Shown in pieces: positions 31,290 through 41,354 of a stretch of 64,000 bases of DNA; position 1 is the first letter of the stretch; every line of letters begins with the position of its first letter. The DNA lies in NCBI GenBank assembly GCA_031364845.1, contig JANLWX010000065.1, positions 1-64,000 of the forward strand, written 5' to 3'. The notes under the pieces were generated by a model, which was given only the letters and a program-made list of their open reading frames with translations, made no database searches and was not told the DNA's origin. Source of the DNA: Candidatus Eiseniibacteriota bacterium. GTDB taxonomy: Bacteria; Eisenbacteria; RBG-16-71-46. The translations under genes and the position numbers were made by a program.

Positions 31290-31673
31290 ATGCCGGACCC
31301 AATGATTGACCGCAAGAAAGTCAAGAAGGAAATGGACGCACTAATTGAAATGATTACGCATCCGGCATTCGTCGCCGCCATGAAGGAGATGAAGGAAACT
31401 CCGGTGGCTGCGCGCAGAAAACTGGCCAAGGACGTGCTGGCCGTAGATGCACTTAGGAACGCAGGCGTGACAATGCCTAGGGGCATGCGCGTTACGACCC
31501 GCTACTTCGAACCCGGAAAGACCGAGGCCATCCAAGTCTCCCCCGATGGAAGGCTGAGCACGATCAAACTGCCGAAGGAACTTGTCATCCGCGGAGGTGG
31601 GCTGGTCTCTTGGGGAGGATGCGCTTGTGGTGGCGGACTGAGCTTCTGCGGCGGAGCTGGCGGTTCGTCCTAG
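31290..31673 (+). CDS. NHLP-leader-like protein with Gly/Cys/Ser-rich C-terminal tail (candidate RiPP precursor)
   Basis: GGAGG RBS; 'HPAF...LRNAGVTMPRGMRV'; tail GGG-LVSWGGCACGGGLSFCGGAGGSS. Confidence 0.75.
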   Translation: MPDPMIDRKKVKKEMDALIEMITHPAFVAAMKEMKETPVAARRKLAKDVLAVDALRNAGVTMPRGMRVTTRYFEPGKTEAIQVSPDGRLSTIKLPKELVIRGGGLVSWGGCACGGGLSFCGGAGGSS

Positions 31674-31756
31674 GAAGAGCGCGTCCAGACAACAATTGGG
31701 GCCGGCCCAGTAGGGCCGGTCGATCCTCGATCGCGTGCAAAAGGGGACAACCTGAA

Positions 31757-32296
31757 ATGGAAAACGTGAAGTACGCAGGGCTCGATTTCGATCGCGCGGA
31801 GCTTTCGAAAGTCATGGAAGAGTACTACTCCGACATCCTCGAGTTCATCCTCCATCCTGCGTTCCAGCAAACCTTCGCTGAGATGATGAGCCTCCAGCCC
31901 AATCTGCGGCCCACTTTCGTGTCAGAGGTATGGCTCGAGCCCCAGGAGTTGGAGCGAAGAGGGCTTCGCGTACCAGACGGGGTCCTGATCCAAACCTCCG
32001 CTTTTGGTGACAGAAGGCCGACATTGTTTGTTGTTAAGAAATTCTTGCCGGAGAAGTACCACCGGGCTTGGGAAAATGTGAACTGGACATTCAACAATGA
32101 GTTCAAGGATGAGGACGTGCCGAACGATCCGGAGAGTTCTTGGCGGCTACCGTTGGCAGTTAGCGTTCAAAACGCTTTGATGTCTGGTGGATTCGATCTT
32201 CAGCAGGCACCTAAGGAGATGGCGATCTTTCAAGAATTGGATGGCCCCGAAATCGTACGATCGGAAAAGAGACCGGTGAACGAAAGTGTCGCCTAA
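31757..32296 (+). CDS. Hypothetical protein, paralogous N-terminal domain to 31290-31673
   Basis: Shared 'DR...IxHPAF...EM...R...L..xG.xxPxG...T..F'; unique 'GDRRPTLFVVKKFLP...WENVNWTF'. Confidence 0.75.
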   Translation: MENVKYAGLDFDRAELSKVMEEYYSDILEFILHPAFQQTFAEMMSLQPNLRPTFVSEVWLEPQELERRGLRVPDGVLIQTSAFGDRRPTLFVVKKFLPEKYHRAWENVNWTFNNEFKDEDVPNDPESSWRLPLAVSVQNALMSGGFDLQQAPKEMAIFQELDGPEIVRSEKRPVNESVA

Positions 32297-32804
32297 GCTT
32301 CTAATGGCCAATGGACAGATCGGCACAACATCACATCGCAATCGTGTATTGTTGTATGAGCTGGTTGCTAGGGTGGATCGCCAAACGTGAGTATTGGGTC
32401 GAACGGAGTGGCGCAACATTGGGTTCTCCTGGCGTCAGGCGATCGATCCACATCGAGGCAAACTCCACCGACTGCGATTGGAGCGCCGCCAAGATGGGGC
32501 TCAATGTGCTAGGACCGGACTTCACCTTTGCCGATGGAACGCGCTTGCGGCAGATGGACCTCGATCCACCGGTGAACGCGGACTTCATCGTCGCCTTCAC
32601 GCCCACGGCCGAAGGGGAGGAGTCCATCGTGATTACATCGTATCGCGTTTGTGGGCCGCCGGGGACTCGCGGGGAACCGGGCCGGACGCGGTAAGGGGTC
32701 GGCGCGCCGGCAAGCGGCGTCACGATGAATTCGCGGATGCCAGCGGTTTGGAAGCCGCGGGGTAGGTAAGGAAACCGTGCCCGCGCAGCGCGAGTCGTCC
32801 TCGA

Positions 32805-33587
32805 CTACGCGGCAAAATCGCCAGACCGTAATCGCTGGAGCAACCCGATCGCGGAATCCGTGATGTCATGTTCGACGGCCAGACTCCACAAGCGCAGGAC
32901 ATGCATAGCCAAGAGAACGCACCCAGCAAACGTTTCATCGGAGTAGTGGGACTGCTTCACCTTCCAGGGCCAACCATCGCTACTCGCCTGATCAAATCGG
33001 GCGGCAAACATCGGGACGGTGTGGGTGTGTAAGCTGAACAACTTGAACATGTGGTGAAGGTCTTTTAAGGCCTCCCGATCAACGGGGTCAGTCAGAACGG
33101 CGTGCAACTCCTCGACGATCTTGCCTAGCCCTGATGCGCAGTGCCAGTAGATACATGCGCCCGTTATCCCCAGCTGTTGGCGCAGGTCTTTGGCCCGTTC
33201 CAGTTCGCTGGCCGGGACGGAGAAGGCCTCCCCTCGGATACGTTCTTCTGTGACCACGAGGGCAGAGAGAAACAGCTCTTCCTTGTCAATCGTTCGCAAG
33301 AAGACTTGTCGATGTCCCACCTTCCTCGTGGTCGGTGTCCGCAGGTACTGCAGATCGATGGCACGCTCGGTCAAGGATCGACCGAGGATGCCAATCTGGT
33401 CATCCACGCCGTGGTCCGCGAGCGCCACCATGGCCAGTAACGCATCCAGCCCAATGAGCGAAGCGACCAACTCGCCATTACGATGCTCGGGCTGCCTACG
33501 AAACCGCTCATCGATGTGGCTAGCAAGCCCGTCTGCCAGGCGCATGGCTTCGGCCGCGATCGCAACTATCTCGGCTCTGTCTGGCAT
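32805..33587 (-). CDS. DUF5677-like hypothetical protein
   Basis: 'ILGRSLTERAIDLQYL' and C-terminal 'LFSLHTH' pattern. Confidence 0.6.
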   Translation of the reverse strand: MPDRAEIVAIAAEAMRLADGLASHIDERFRRQPEHRNGELVASLIGLDALLAMVALADHGVDDQIGILGRSLTERAIDLQYLRTPTTRKVGHRQVFLRTIDKEELFLSALVVTEERIRGEAFSVPASELERAKDLRQQLGITGACIYWHCASGLGKIVEELHAVLTDPVDREALKDLHHMFKLFSLHTHTVPMFAARFDQASSDGWPWKVKQSHYSDETFAGCVLLAMHVLRLWSLAVEHDITDSAIGLLQRLRSGDFAA

Positions 33588-33607
33588 GTGTGCGAAACCC
33601 CTCGTCG

Positions 33608-34429
33608 TTAGAGCGAAATGGAGCCAGCTGAAGGATCTTGTTTGCCCGCGAGCATGTTTGGGGGATCGTCTAAAGCAACCTCAACAAAGTACCGGGAGTT
33701 GTTCTCCCCATCTCTGCCCATGAGTATGCCCCGATAGGTTCCTTCACCCGATGGCGGATCTAGTGCGACCCAAGCTCTACTAGGTCGCTGAAGGCTGTCA
33801 TGGAAGTCATGTATGCCCTTCTGAAACGAGGGCTGGGAAAGCCAGTTGGAGTAGACGATGAACAGGGTGGTCGAATCGCTCAAGGTGTGACGCCTAAGCA
33901 GGATCGTGCCCATTGAGTTCTTGCCTGGCCATTGATCCTGCGGAAGTTGCGGCTCAACGATCAATAGGTCAATCGCGACGTGGTTGCCTAACGGAGGTTC
34001 AGGCATCCAAGTGACGGGACGTCTAGGATCGATCCACGTGGTGAATGGTCGCAGTTCGGACGAGGGTATCGCGACCCGGCACGGCAAGAAGAACCCTGGA
34101 GCAATTGCGGGCCGCGCCCAGGTGTCGAGCAATCGGTCAGGTCGTGACCAGTTGTCAATCGACTGTTGCTGCAGGACAAAGTTCTTGGTGAAGGCGAATC
34201 GGCACTCACCTGAGGCATGGAGACTGGCTTTGAAGGCGCCGCCAAGGCCACGCTGGGACAGGTAGACGTCGCTCTGGCCGGCTGGCACCCAAACTCTCCA
34301 GGTGCTGGAGCGGTTGGCGGACGGACTTCCGACAGCAAAGCGAAGGACGAAGCCGCGGTCGCGGGAGCTCATCAAGCGTTCATACGTTCCACGCTCCCGA
34401 AAGGCAAACTGTTTCGAGGGGAACTTCAT
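33608..34429 (-). CDS. Hypothetical protein
   Basis: 273-aa ORF, 'RFAVG...RSSTWRVW...DVYL..R...KASLHASG'. Confidence 0.65.
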   Translation of the reverse strand: MKFPSKQFAFRERGTYERLMSSRDRGFVLRFAVGSPSANRSSTWRVWVPAGQSDVYLSQRGLGGAFKASLHASGECRFAFTKNFVLQQQSIDNWSRPDRLLDTWARPAIAPGFFLPCRVAIPSSELRPFTTWIDPRRPVTWMPEPPLGNHVAIDLLIVEPQLPQDQWPGKNSMGTILLRRHTLSDSTTLFIVYSNWLSQPSFQKGIHDFHDSLQRPSRAWVALDPPSGEGTYRGILMGRDGENNSRYFVEVALDDPPNMLAGKQDPSAGSISL

Positions 34430-34751
34430 GATAGGACGCCGAACGATGCCACTCAGATAACGCGATCACTTAGGAGACGTAAGGAAGACAAGCCGCCTCG
34501 GAGTGCAGCTATCTTTGTCAAGGTCTCACGCTCTGAGTCAGCCCGAAGAATGAACGCTCGGACATCTCAGGCGTTGATCGATTGCTTTTTCGGGCTGCCG
34601 AGTTCGAAGCAGTCCGGTCCTTCTTGGCGTCTTCGAGAGCTAGTGACTCTGACCCTCCGAGAGTTGACTGTCACGCGAGATAGCGCGCCGACGTGGCTCG
34701 GCCAAGTTAGCGACGGTGAGCCGCGCAACTCACCAATGGACGACATTTCAA

Positions 34752-35342
34752 TCACAAAGCCAGCCGTTGCTCCAGTTCCTCATGTGCACGCAGTAGCATC
34801 TGCGTGACTGAGTTGCGTTTGATGCCGAAGAAGGCTGGCAGTTCGTCGCGCGGAATCCCACAATAATAGTGGGCGATGATGATGCGACGACGCTTAACTG
34901 GAAGAAGACGAATGGCATTGCGCAGCCGTTGATGCAGAATAGGTCGTCGCCCTTCGTAGTCGTCCTCAGGGACCGTGGCGAGACGAGTTTGATCTTCGTC
35001 AGAAAACTTAGAGACGCCGACCTCCAGTGGCAACCGCTTTTCCGGCTCGTCACGTAGCCACTCGATCACGATGAATCGAATGACTTTGAACGACCACGTC
35101 CTCGGGTCTCTGACCGTTCTGCGTGCGACAAATAGCCTTCCGTACGTTTCCACGGCGACATCTTCAACGTTCATCACGTCGCCCAAGCGACGCGATGCGC
35201 CCAGACGTCGCAGATTCCATCCGGCCATCCTTCGCACTTCAGGATAGGTTCCTCGGGTGAACCTCTCCCACAGGCGCTCCGAATTCCTCCCTTCGACGGT
35301 AGTTGCCTGATGAAACAAGTCCCAGGCAGGTTGGCGTGGCAT
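34752..35342 (-). CDS. ECF-type sigma70 factor-like protein
   Basis: Region 2 'VEDVAVETYGRLF...TWSFKVIRFIVIEWLR'; region 4 'AIRLLP.KRRRIIIAHYYCG...ELP.FFGI...SVTQMLLRA'; start uncertain. Confidence 0.65.
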   Translation of the reverse strand: MPRQPAWDLFHQATTVEGRNSERLWERFTRGTYPEVRRMAGWNLRRLGASRRLGDVMNVEDVAVETYGRLFVARRTVRDPRTWSFKVIRFIVIEWLRDEPEKRLPLEVGVSKFSDEDQTRLATVPEDDYEGRRPILHQRLRNAIRLLPVKRRRIIIAHYYCGIPRDELPAFFGIKRNSVTQMLLRAHEELEQRLAL

Positions 35343-36127
35343 GACCGCTCTCCTTTGGTTTGCTGAGAGCAGCCCGAAAATTTGGTGGCGTAGAAGATGT
35401 GGGGCTTGGGTGACACAATTCAACAAAAAAAGCCCGATGCTTCAACGCATCAGGCGAATAGAGGCCAGCCGCAACTCCCACCCAAAGGAAGCAACGAACT
35501 GGCTTGGGCCAGCCCGCTACTCCAGCAAAGGAGCGCAAACTGGCCCACAACTTAATGAACTAGAATAGGTTAGCATAACGTCAGTAAATTGTCAAGGCGC
35601 GCCCGGTCACTGCGGCGCTACATCTCTGGGGTGAGGAATACCAGGCCCAAAGATGAGGTAACCGTGCGCAAGCGACCACGCCAATCCTCCCGTTCTCCTC
35701 AAGGCGAAGCATGCTCAAAGGTGGACCGGCCGAGCCCCGCGCCGCCAATGAACATCGCGGATCTACTGCGCTTAGATGGCGCGTTATTTCGTGCCCACCT
35801 CCACGACCGCCGACGCCCACGTCGCCGCCCGCGCATTAGGCCTGCCTAGCACTCTCGATCGAGTCGATGCGCGGGCACCCCGAGAATTTCCATCTTCTTG
35901 TTCGGTTCCCCACACGCTCCAAGTCCGCGTCTGAGCCCAGCGGCAGTCACCTCCTCGCACACTCCTCCTGACGATGGTCGGCGAAAGGCGCCGATGCGTC
36001 GCAGTTTCGAGAGAGGAGGAGGTGGCAGCTTGAGTGGGAGTGCTCCGGGGCAATGTCGCTGTCTGCCCGGAGTACTTCCCGCCAAGCACGCTTCATCGCA
36101 GCCGCTCTCAAATGAAGTAACCCCACG

Positions 36128-37573
36128 ATGACCCGCAGGAGAATGTCAATGCAGATCCCCATCCCTAGCCGCCGCACCCAATTCTTCGTCACCCCGCAAC
36201 GGCGGCAATATGTTGACCTCATCGAGGCCGCCCGTGCCGCCGCGCATCAGGGACTACCCGCGTCCACCGCCACGACGCCCGACGACAACGAAACGACGAT
36301 CGAACGGCAGTTCACCCAGGAGCACATCGACACCGCCAATGCTGCGGCGAGCGCCCTTCACGATCATGCGGGCAACTTCGGCCGGCTGGCGGAACACTTC
36401 CCGACGCCCACTGACCTAACCGCAATCGTTGATACGGCGCAGACCCGTATCGAGCACGAACTGACCGCAGACGTCGACCTGCACCGGTGCCTGGATTCCT
36501 ACAACTTGGAGCGCAGCAGCTTGTTGGCGTTCAAGCGCGAATTCGGCCTGGTGCACGTGCCGAAGGATCAAGAGCCCCGCATCTGGCTCTTCGCGAAGCT
36601 CTTGGCGATCTTCTGTCTCGAAAGTGCCGGGAACACGACGTTCTTCGCGCAAGGCAACCAGCTCGGCATGCTCGGCGGCTTCTTCCAGGCCGCCATGATC
36701 TCCGCTGTGAACGTGGGAAGTGGATTCTGCGTCGGCAAGCTGGCCGTGCCCCACGTCAACAAACCATCCAACCGGCTGCGGGCCGCTGTCGCCCTGGCCG
36801 CGTGCGTGGCCGGAGCGATCGGATTCAATTTGGTGGCGGCGCATTATCGCGACGCTTTGGCGGCGTCGAGCACAACACTTCACGACTCGATCGGAGGTCT
36901 GCTGCGAGCGCCGCTTGGCCTGTCTTTCCACAGCTTTCTGATGCTGGCCGTCGGGCTGATCGCCTTCGGCGCGGCCGTGTGGAAGGGCGCCAGTGATGAC
37001 GACTGGTTTCCGCACTACGGTCGTCGTCATCGCCAATTCCTCTCCGCCCAAGACGCTTTGCATAGCATGTTCAAGACCACCAAAGGACGGCTGCTCAGCC
37101 ACGAGATGGGCGTCGGGCATGCCTGTGATGAGACCGTGGGCCGCGGCGCGGGGACTCTGGAAGCGATGAGCGAGGTGCTGAAGGGCGCTCAGCAGCTCGT
37201 CGGCACGTATGACGCCGAGCGAGCCCAGCTCGAAGGCAATCGCAACGTGCACTGGACCTGCTACCGCGAGGAAAACAAGGCGGTGCGATCCTCGCCGCCT
37301 CCAGCCTACTTCGACGTGTTCGAGCCATTCCCCAACTTGGTTGCTCGCCAACCGTTGGCAGAAATGCACGGTCGGATGGATCAGTTGCGGCGGGCTCTTG
37401 ATGAGCTACGGCTCCAGACGGGTGAGATCAAAGCTCACGGGCCCCGCCGTGTGGTTGCCCTCGAGCGTCGCTTTCGCGACTTCCTGAAGGGCCGTACCGC
37501 CCTGGACCTGGGCGTTGCCGAGCGCCATCCCGACCACCTCCGCGTCGGTGATGACGGCAGGGAGGTCGCGTGA
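36128..37573 (+). CDS. Membrane protein with flanking coiled-coil regions
   Basis: Four TM segments around 'ESAGNTTFFAQGNQLGMLGG', 'FNL..AHYRD'. Confidence 0.75.
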   Translation: MTRRRMSMQIPIPSRRTQFFVTPQRRQYVDLIEAARAAAHQGLPASTATTPDDNETTIERQFTQEHIDTANAAASALHDHAGNFGRLAEHFPTPTDLTAIVDTAQTRIEHELTADVDLHRCLDSYNLERSSLLAFKREFGLVHVPKDQEPRIWLFAKLLAIFCLESAGNTTFFAQGNQLGMLGGFFQAAMISAVNVGSGFCVGKLAVPHVNKPSNRLRAAVALAACVAGAIGFNLVAAHYRDALAASSTTLHDSIGGLLRAPLGLSFHSFLMLAVGLIAFGAAVWKGASDDDWFPHYGRRHRQFLSAQDALHSMFKTTKGRLLSHEMGVGHACDETVGRGAGTLEAMSEVLKGAQQLVGTYDAERAQLEGNRNVHWTCYREENKAVRSSPPPAYFDVFEPFPNLVARQPLAEMHGRMDQLRRALDELRLQTGEIKAHGPRRVVALERRFRDFLKGRTALDLGVAERHPDHLRVGDDGREVA

Positions 37574-38328
37574 CGGCGCAACGACGGACTCTCGCGGCCG
37601 GCATCTTGATCGGCCTTTCGCTGGTGTTTCTCTTGGGAATCGGAACCGCTGCCCTCTGCGTGGGCCGCGGCGAATTGGAACCGGGAACGCTCTGCCGGAA
37701 GGACCGGCCGAGAGCGGGCGGCACGATCGTACTGATCGACGTGACGGATCCGTACACGGCAAACCAAGCACAGGCACTGCGGGCTCGGCTCGGGCGGCTG
37801 GTCCAAACCGAACTGCGGACCAACGAATGGTTCGCCATTTGGGTACTGGGCGATTTCGAGGAGGGGACTCTCCGGAAACCGTTTTGCGCATGCAGTCCCG
37901 GTACGTCCTCGAACTGGCTGATTTCCAACCCGATTCAGACCAAGGATCGTTTCGACTCTCTGTTCGCGCATCCCTTGGCCCGACTGCTCGACACTTTGAG
38001 CGTCGTTCACCACGCCGAGCGGTCGCCGATCATGGAGGCCGTGCAGGAACTGACGGAGCAGAAGGAATTCTCACCTAACCTCGGAGTTCGGAGATTGATC
38101 ATCGTCTCCGACCTCCTCCAGAACACGGCCCGCCTGTCCCAGTACCGGGCACGTACACGGTCGCAACCCAGTCAGTCGCCGACCGGGGATCTGCGCGGCG
38201 TTCATGTTGAAGTGCTGTACATCGAACGTCGGCGCGACGCGGCCTACCAGGGAAGCGCTCACCGGCAATTCTGGCGGAAGTACCTCCATCGCTCCGGCGC
38301 GACCAGCGTCGACTTCGAGCGTCTGTGA
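37570..38328 (+). CDS. Membrane-anchored vWA-like protein
   Basis: 'IVLIDVTD', 'SPIMEAV', 'RRLIIVSDLLQN'; GTGA overlap. Confidence 0.7.
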   Translation: MTAQRRTLAAGILIGLSLVFLLGIGTAALCVGRGELEPGTLCRKDRPRAGGTIVLIDVTDPYTANQAQALRARLGRLVQTELRTNEWFAIWVLGDFEEGTLRKPFCACSPGTSSNWLISNPIQTKDRFDSLFAHPLARLLDTLSVVHHAERSPIMEAVQELTEQKEFSPNLGVRRLIIVSDLLQNTARLSQYRARTRSQPSQSPTGDLRGVHVEVLYIERRRDAAYQGSAHRQFWRKYLHRSGATSVDFERL

Positions 38329-38768
38329 AAGGCGCTCCCATGATCTCAACCATCAAGCTTCTGACGCTTCTCCTCGTGGGCCTGGCGTTGGTTCAATCGG
38401 TCACGGGTCCACTGCTCACTTTGGTTTTAGCTACAGCCGGCATTGCTTGGGTTTTCGGTGCGGATGTACGCGGAGGGCTCTGGCGAGGGGTCGCGTATCT
38501 GCGCACGCTCGTCTGGCAAGCCGCGCTCGTGCTCCTGCTGGCCTGGCTGGCCGTCGGCGGTCTGCTTGGGAGTACGCAGGGAATTCGCTCCCGGCATCCT
38601 CTCGCCATCTCTCTCGGCATGGCCCTGATCGGTTTCGTCCTGTGGCGCATGTGGCAACTCCTCCGTCGCCTCGGGCCACGGCGGAGTGTTCGTTTGGTCC
38701 GTGCGCCACTTCCGCCGTCGGCCAAATGGGTGGCGCCCAGATCTCCGAAGCGCAGGAGGACGCTGTGA
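38325..38768 (+). CDS. Hypothetical membrane protein
   Basis: Four hydrophobic segments; overlaps the upstream stop. Confidence 0.6.
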   Translation: MKGAPMISTIKLLTLLLVGLALVQSVTGPLLTLVLATAGIAWVFGADVRGGLWRGVAYLRTLVWQAALVLLLAWLAVGGLLGSTQGIRSRHPLAISLGMALIGFVLWRMWQLLRRLGPRRSVRLVRAPLPPSAKWVAPRSPKRRRTL

Positions 38769-38910
38769 GGCACGACAGTCGGGACGTGAGGCTTTCGATC
38801 AACCACTCTCGCCGCTTCTGGTTACGTCTCGAAACCCTGTCCACCAGCGACACCATGCTTGTGGGCAGGGTCGGTGGACAGCGTGCGACCCATGAATCTG
38901 GGAGCCGAAG

Positions 38911-40482
38911 ATGACTGCGATGCTCCTATCGATCGTGACTCTCGGCGGTGTCGGTTGGCTTGTGTTTGCGTGGCGCGCCAGACGTGACGCCGCAGTCGCC
39001 CGTCAGTCCGCGCGGCGGAGGAAGGCGCGCGAACAGGTCCTGCGCGAGTTCAACGACGTCTATGGGTACTTGGGAGACGTCGTTCATGGACAAGAGGCAC
39101 GTCGACTGATTCAAGCGGAGCCTGATCCTGCCCAGCTTCGTCACCAGCTCACGGAGCGCGTGGCCGCCATCGACGGTCCGCTGCTCGGACACCACCTCGC
39201 GGGCAGCGCCCGTCTCCCGATTCGCATGCCGATGCAGTTGCGGCTGCGTCACACCTTGGTCGTGGGGAAGACCGGCGTGGGCAAATCGACCATGCTCGTT
39301 AACGCCATCGTCGATGACATGGAACGCGGTTTGGGGCTAGCGGCCATTTCCCCGGAGCCGGAGTTCTTCGAAGAGGATCTCCTGCGGCTGGTGCCACCTC
39401 ACCGCCATGCGGATGTCATCTACATCAATCCGCGGGACACGACCGCTCCGGTGGTGCTCAACCCGCTGCAGTGTGACCCGGGCGAGGATCTCGACTTGAA
39501 GGTCGCCGAGACCATGGCGGTCATGGAGCGGCTCTGCGGGGAAGAAGGATCGACGGCCGCGCCGCGCACGCATGGGCTCCTTCGGCAAAGCCTTTATCTG
39601 TTGATGCGGATCCGCGGTTCGACCCTGCTCGACGTCGAGCCGCTGCTCGATCGTACCGATGATGGATTCCGGCGGTGGGCACTGGACCAGATCGATGATG
39701 AGCTGGCGCAACGTTTCTGGACCCGGACCTATCTGGCTTACGCGCGGGATAGCCACATCCCGCTGGTTAATCGCCTTTCGCGGTTCCTGCGACCGCGATT
39801 CACGCGTTCCTTGATGTGCACGTCGGGCTCCGGACTGAACATTCGCCGGTGCATGGACGAGGGGAAAATTATCTTGCTCAACGCCTCGGACGGCATCTTG
39901 GGTCAGGAGAACGCGGAGATTGTGGGACAGCTGTTCACCTCCAAGCTGCAGCTCGGATCGATGTCTCGGGCGGATACGCCCAAGGATCAACGCCGGCCGT
40001 TCATGGTGTACATCGATGAATTTCCATTCTTCTGCAATGTCGGCGCGACCAGCTACGAGCGGATGTTCAGTCGCAGTCGCAAGTACGGCCTGGGGCTGAC
40101 GCTGGCGGCACAGCATCTGGGGCAGATTCCCGAACCTCTCCTGCGCGATATTCTGGGCACGATTGGTTCAATCACGGCGTTCCAAGTCGGTTCAACCGAT
40201 GCCCGCCGGCTCGCGCGAGAATTCGTGGGTGAGCGCAACGGCGAAACGCTCGCAATCGAGCCGGAGACATTCTTGCGTCTCCCTGTCGGCCACGCGGTGT
40301 GCCGCATCGGCCGCCACGTCTTCCGCCTCCAGACGCCTTCCCCTCGAGCCGGTGGCTGTGACGCCACACGCAAGACTGTCGAAGCCCTATCGCAGCAGGT
40401 TCATGGCGCCCGCCCCCGAACGGTCGCGAGCGGCGATCGTCCAACTCCCACCGCCGCCTTTGATCCCGCGGAGGTGTTTTGA
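38911..40482 (+). CDS. VirD4/TraD-like (type IV coupling, HerA/FtsK superfamily) ATPase
   Basis: N-terminal TM; 'RHTLVVGKTGVGKST'; 'FMVYIDEF'; 'SRKYGLGLTLAAQHLGQ'; 'ILGTIGS..AFQVG'. Confidence 0.88.
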   Translation: MTAMLLSIVTLGGVGWLVFAWRARRDAAVARQSARRRKAREQVLREFNDVYGYLGDVVHGQEARRLIQAEPDPAQLRHQLTERVAAIDGPLLGHHLAGSARLPIRMPMQLRLRHTLVVGKTGVGKSTMLVNAIVDDMERGLGLAAISPEPEFFEEDLLRLVPPHRHADVIYINPRDTTAPVVLNPLQCDPGEDLDLKVAETMAVMERLCGEEGSTAAPRTHGLLRQSLYLLMRIRGSTLLDVEPLLDRTDDGFRRWALDQIDDELAQRFWTRTYLAYARDSHIPLVNRLSRFLRPRFTRSLMCTSGSGLNIRRCMDEGKIILLNASDGILGQENAEIVGQLFTSKLQLGSMSRADTPKDQRRPFMVYIDEFPFFCNVGATSYERMFSRSRKYGLGLTLAAQHLGQIPEPLLRDILGTIGSITAFQVGSTDARRLAREFVGERNGETLAIEPETFLRLPVGHAVCRIGRHVFRLQTPSPRAGGCDATRKTVEALSQQVHGARPRTVASGDRPTPTAAFDPAEVF

Positions 40483-41354
40483 GCCGCGCGGGATTGCAGA
40501 TAACTGAGCGGGACAGGACCTTGCTGACCACTCTTGAGCGGTATCGATTTCTGACGGCCGCCCAACTGCAGCGTCTCAGCTTTCCTTCCAAACACACCTG
40601 CTTGCGGCGCATTCTCAAGCTCGAGGCAGCCGGATTAGTCGCGCGTACCCGCGCGGACTCCATGCTACAGCCGCTGGTCACCCTCACCCGGCGCGGTGCC
40701 GCCCTCATCGGGAACGACGTCTCTGGTGCGAAACGCATCGTCTCTGACCTCTTCCTTCGGCATGCTGTGGAGTTGAACGACTTTCGCATCGCCCTTGAGC
40801 AAGCGTGTGCGCAGCGGTCGGACGTGCAACTTGGTGGGTTCGTGCCTGATCTCGCCTCGCATGCCTCCCGTGGGCGTCAACCCGAGCGGGTCCTCGGGAG
40901 CGGAGTCTTCGGTGGCGCCGTCGGATCACACACGCCAGATGCGGCGTTCGTTCTTCAGCGTGAAGGTCGCGCCGCTTTGTTCTTCCTAGAGATCGATCGC
41001 GGCACCGAAGTCATTGGCGATGTGAAGCGCGGAGTGGGCCGAGCGATTACCTACTACCTGCAGGCCTTCGCCGGAACCGGATTCCAAAGCCTCAGTAGTC
41101 TCTTTGATCTGCCGGAGCAGTTCCGCACCTTCCGCGTGCTGTTCGTCACTACGTCATCCGCCCGGATTAAAAATATTCGCACCCGGTGGGGGGCCGGCGC
41201 CGGAACGGCTGATCGGCGCTTCGTGTGGTTGGCGACTAAGGCCGTGTCCCACACCACCGACCTCTTCGCGGAGGAGTGGGTGACGCTCGAATCGAGCGAT
41301 GCGCACGCCTACACGATGATGGGCCGCCCGCGGGAGGCAACGCATGCTGCGTAG
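40479..41354 (+). CDS. Replication-relaxation (Replic_Relax) family protein
   Basis: wHTH 'ITERDRTLL..LERYRFLTAAQL', 'LRHAVELNDF', 'PDAAF...FFLEIDRGTE', 'FRVLFVT'. Confidence 0.85.
   Translation: MSRAGLQITERDRTLLTTLERYRFLTAAQLQRLSFPSKHTCLRRILKLEAAGLVARTRADSMLQPLVTLTRRGAALIGNDVSGAKRIVSDLFLRHAVELNDFRIALEQACAQRSDVQLGGFVPDLASHASRGRQPERVLGSGVFGGAVGSHTPDAAFVLQREGRAALFFLEIDRGTEVIGDVKRGVGRAITYYLQAFAGTGFQSLSSLFDLPEQFRTFRVLFVTTSSARIKNIRTRWGAGAGTADRRFVWLATKAVSHTTDLFAEEWVTLESSDAHAYTMMGRPREATHAA

Noticed and set aside
32311..32694. 127-aa ORF after the four-gene cluster
   Set aside because: No RBS, patchy composition; possibly a gene fragment, not supportable as a fifth cluster gene
34430..34470. GTTCGGC just before a gene start, resembling half an integron attC site
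   Set aside because: No matching inverse core or hairpin, no cassette array and no IntI-type integrase
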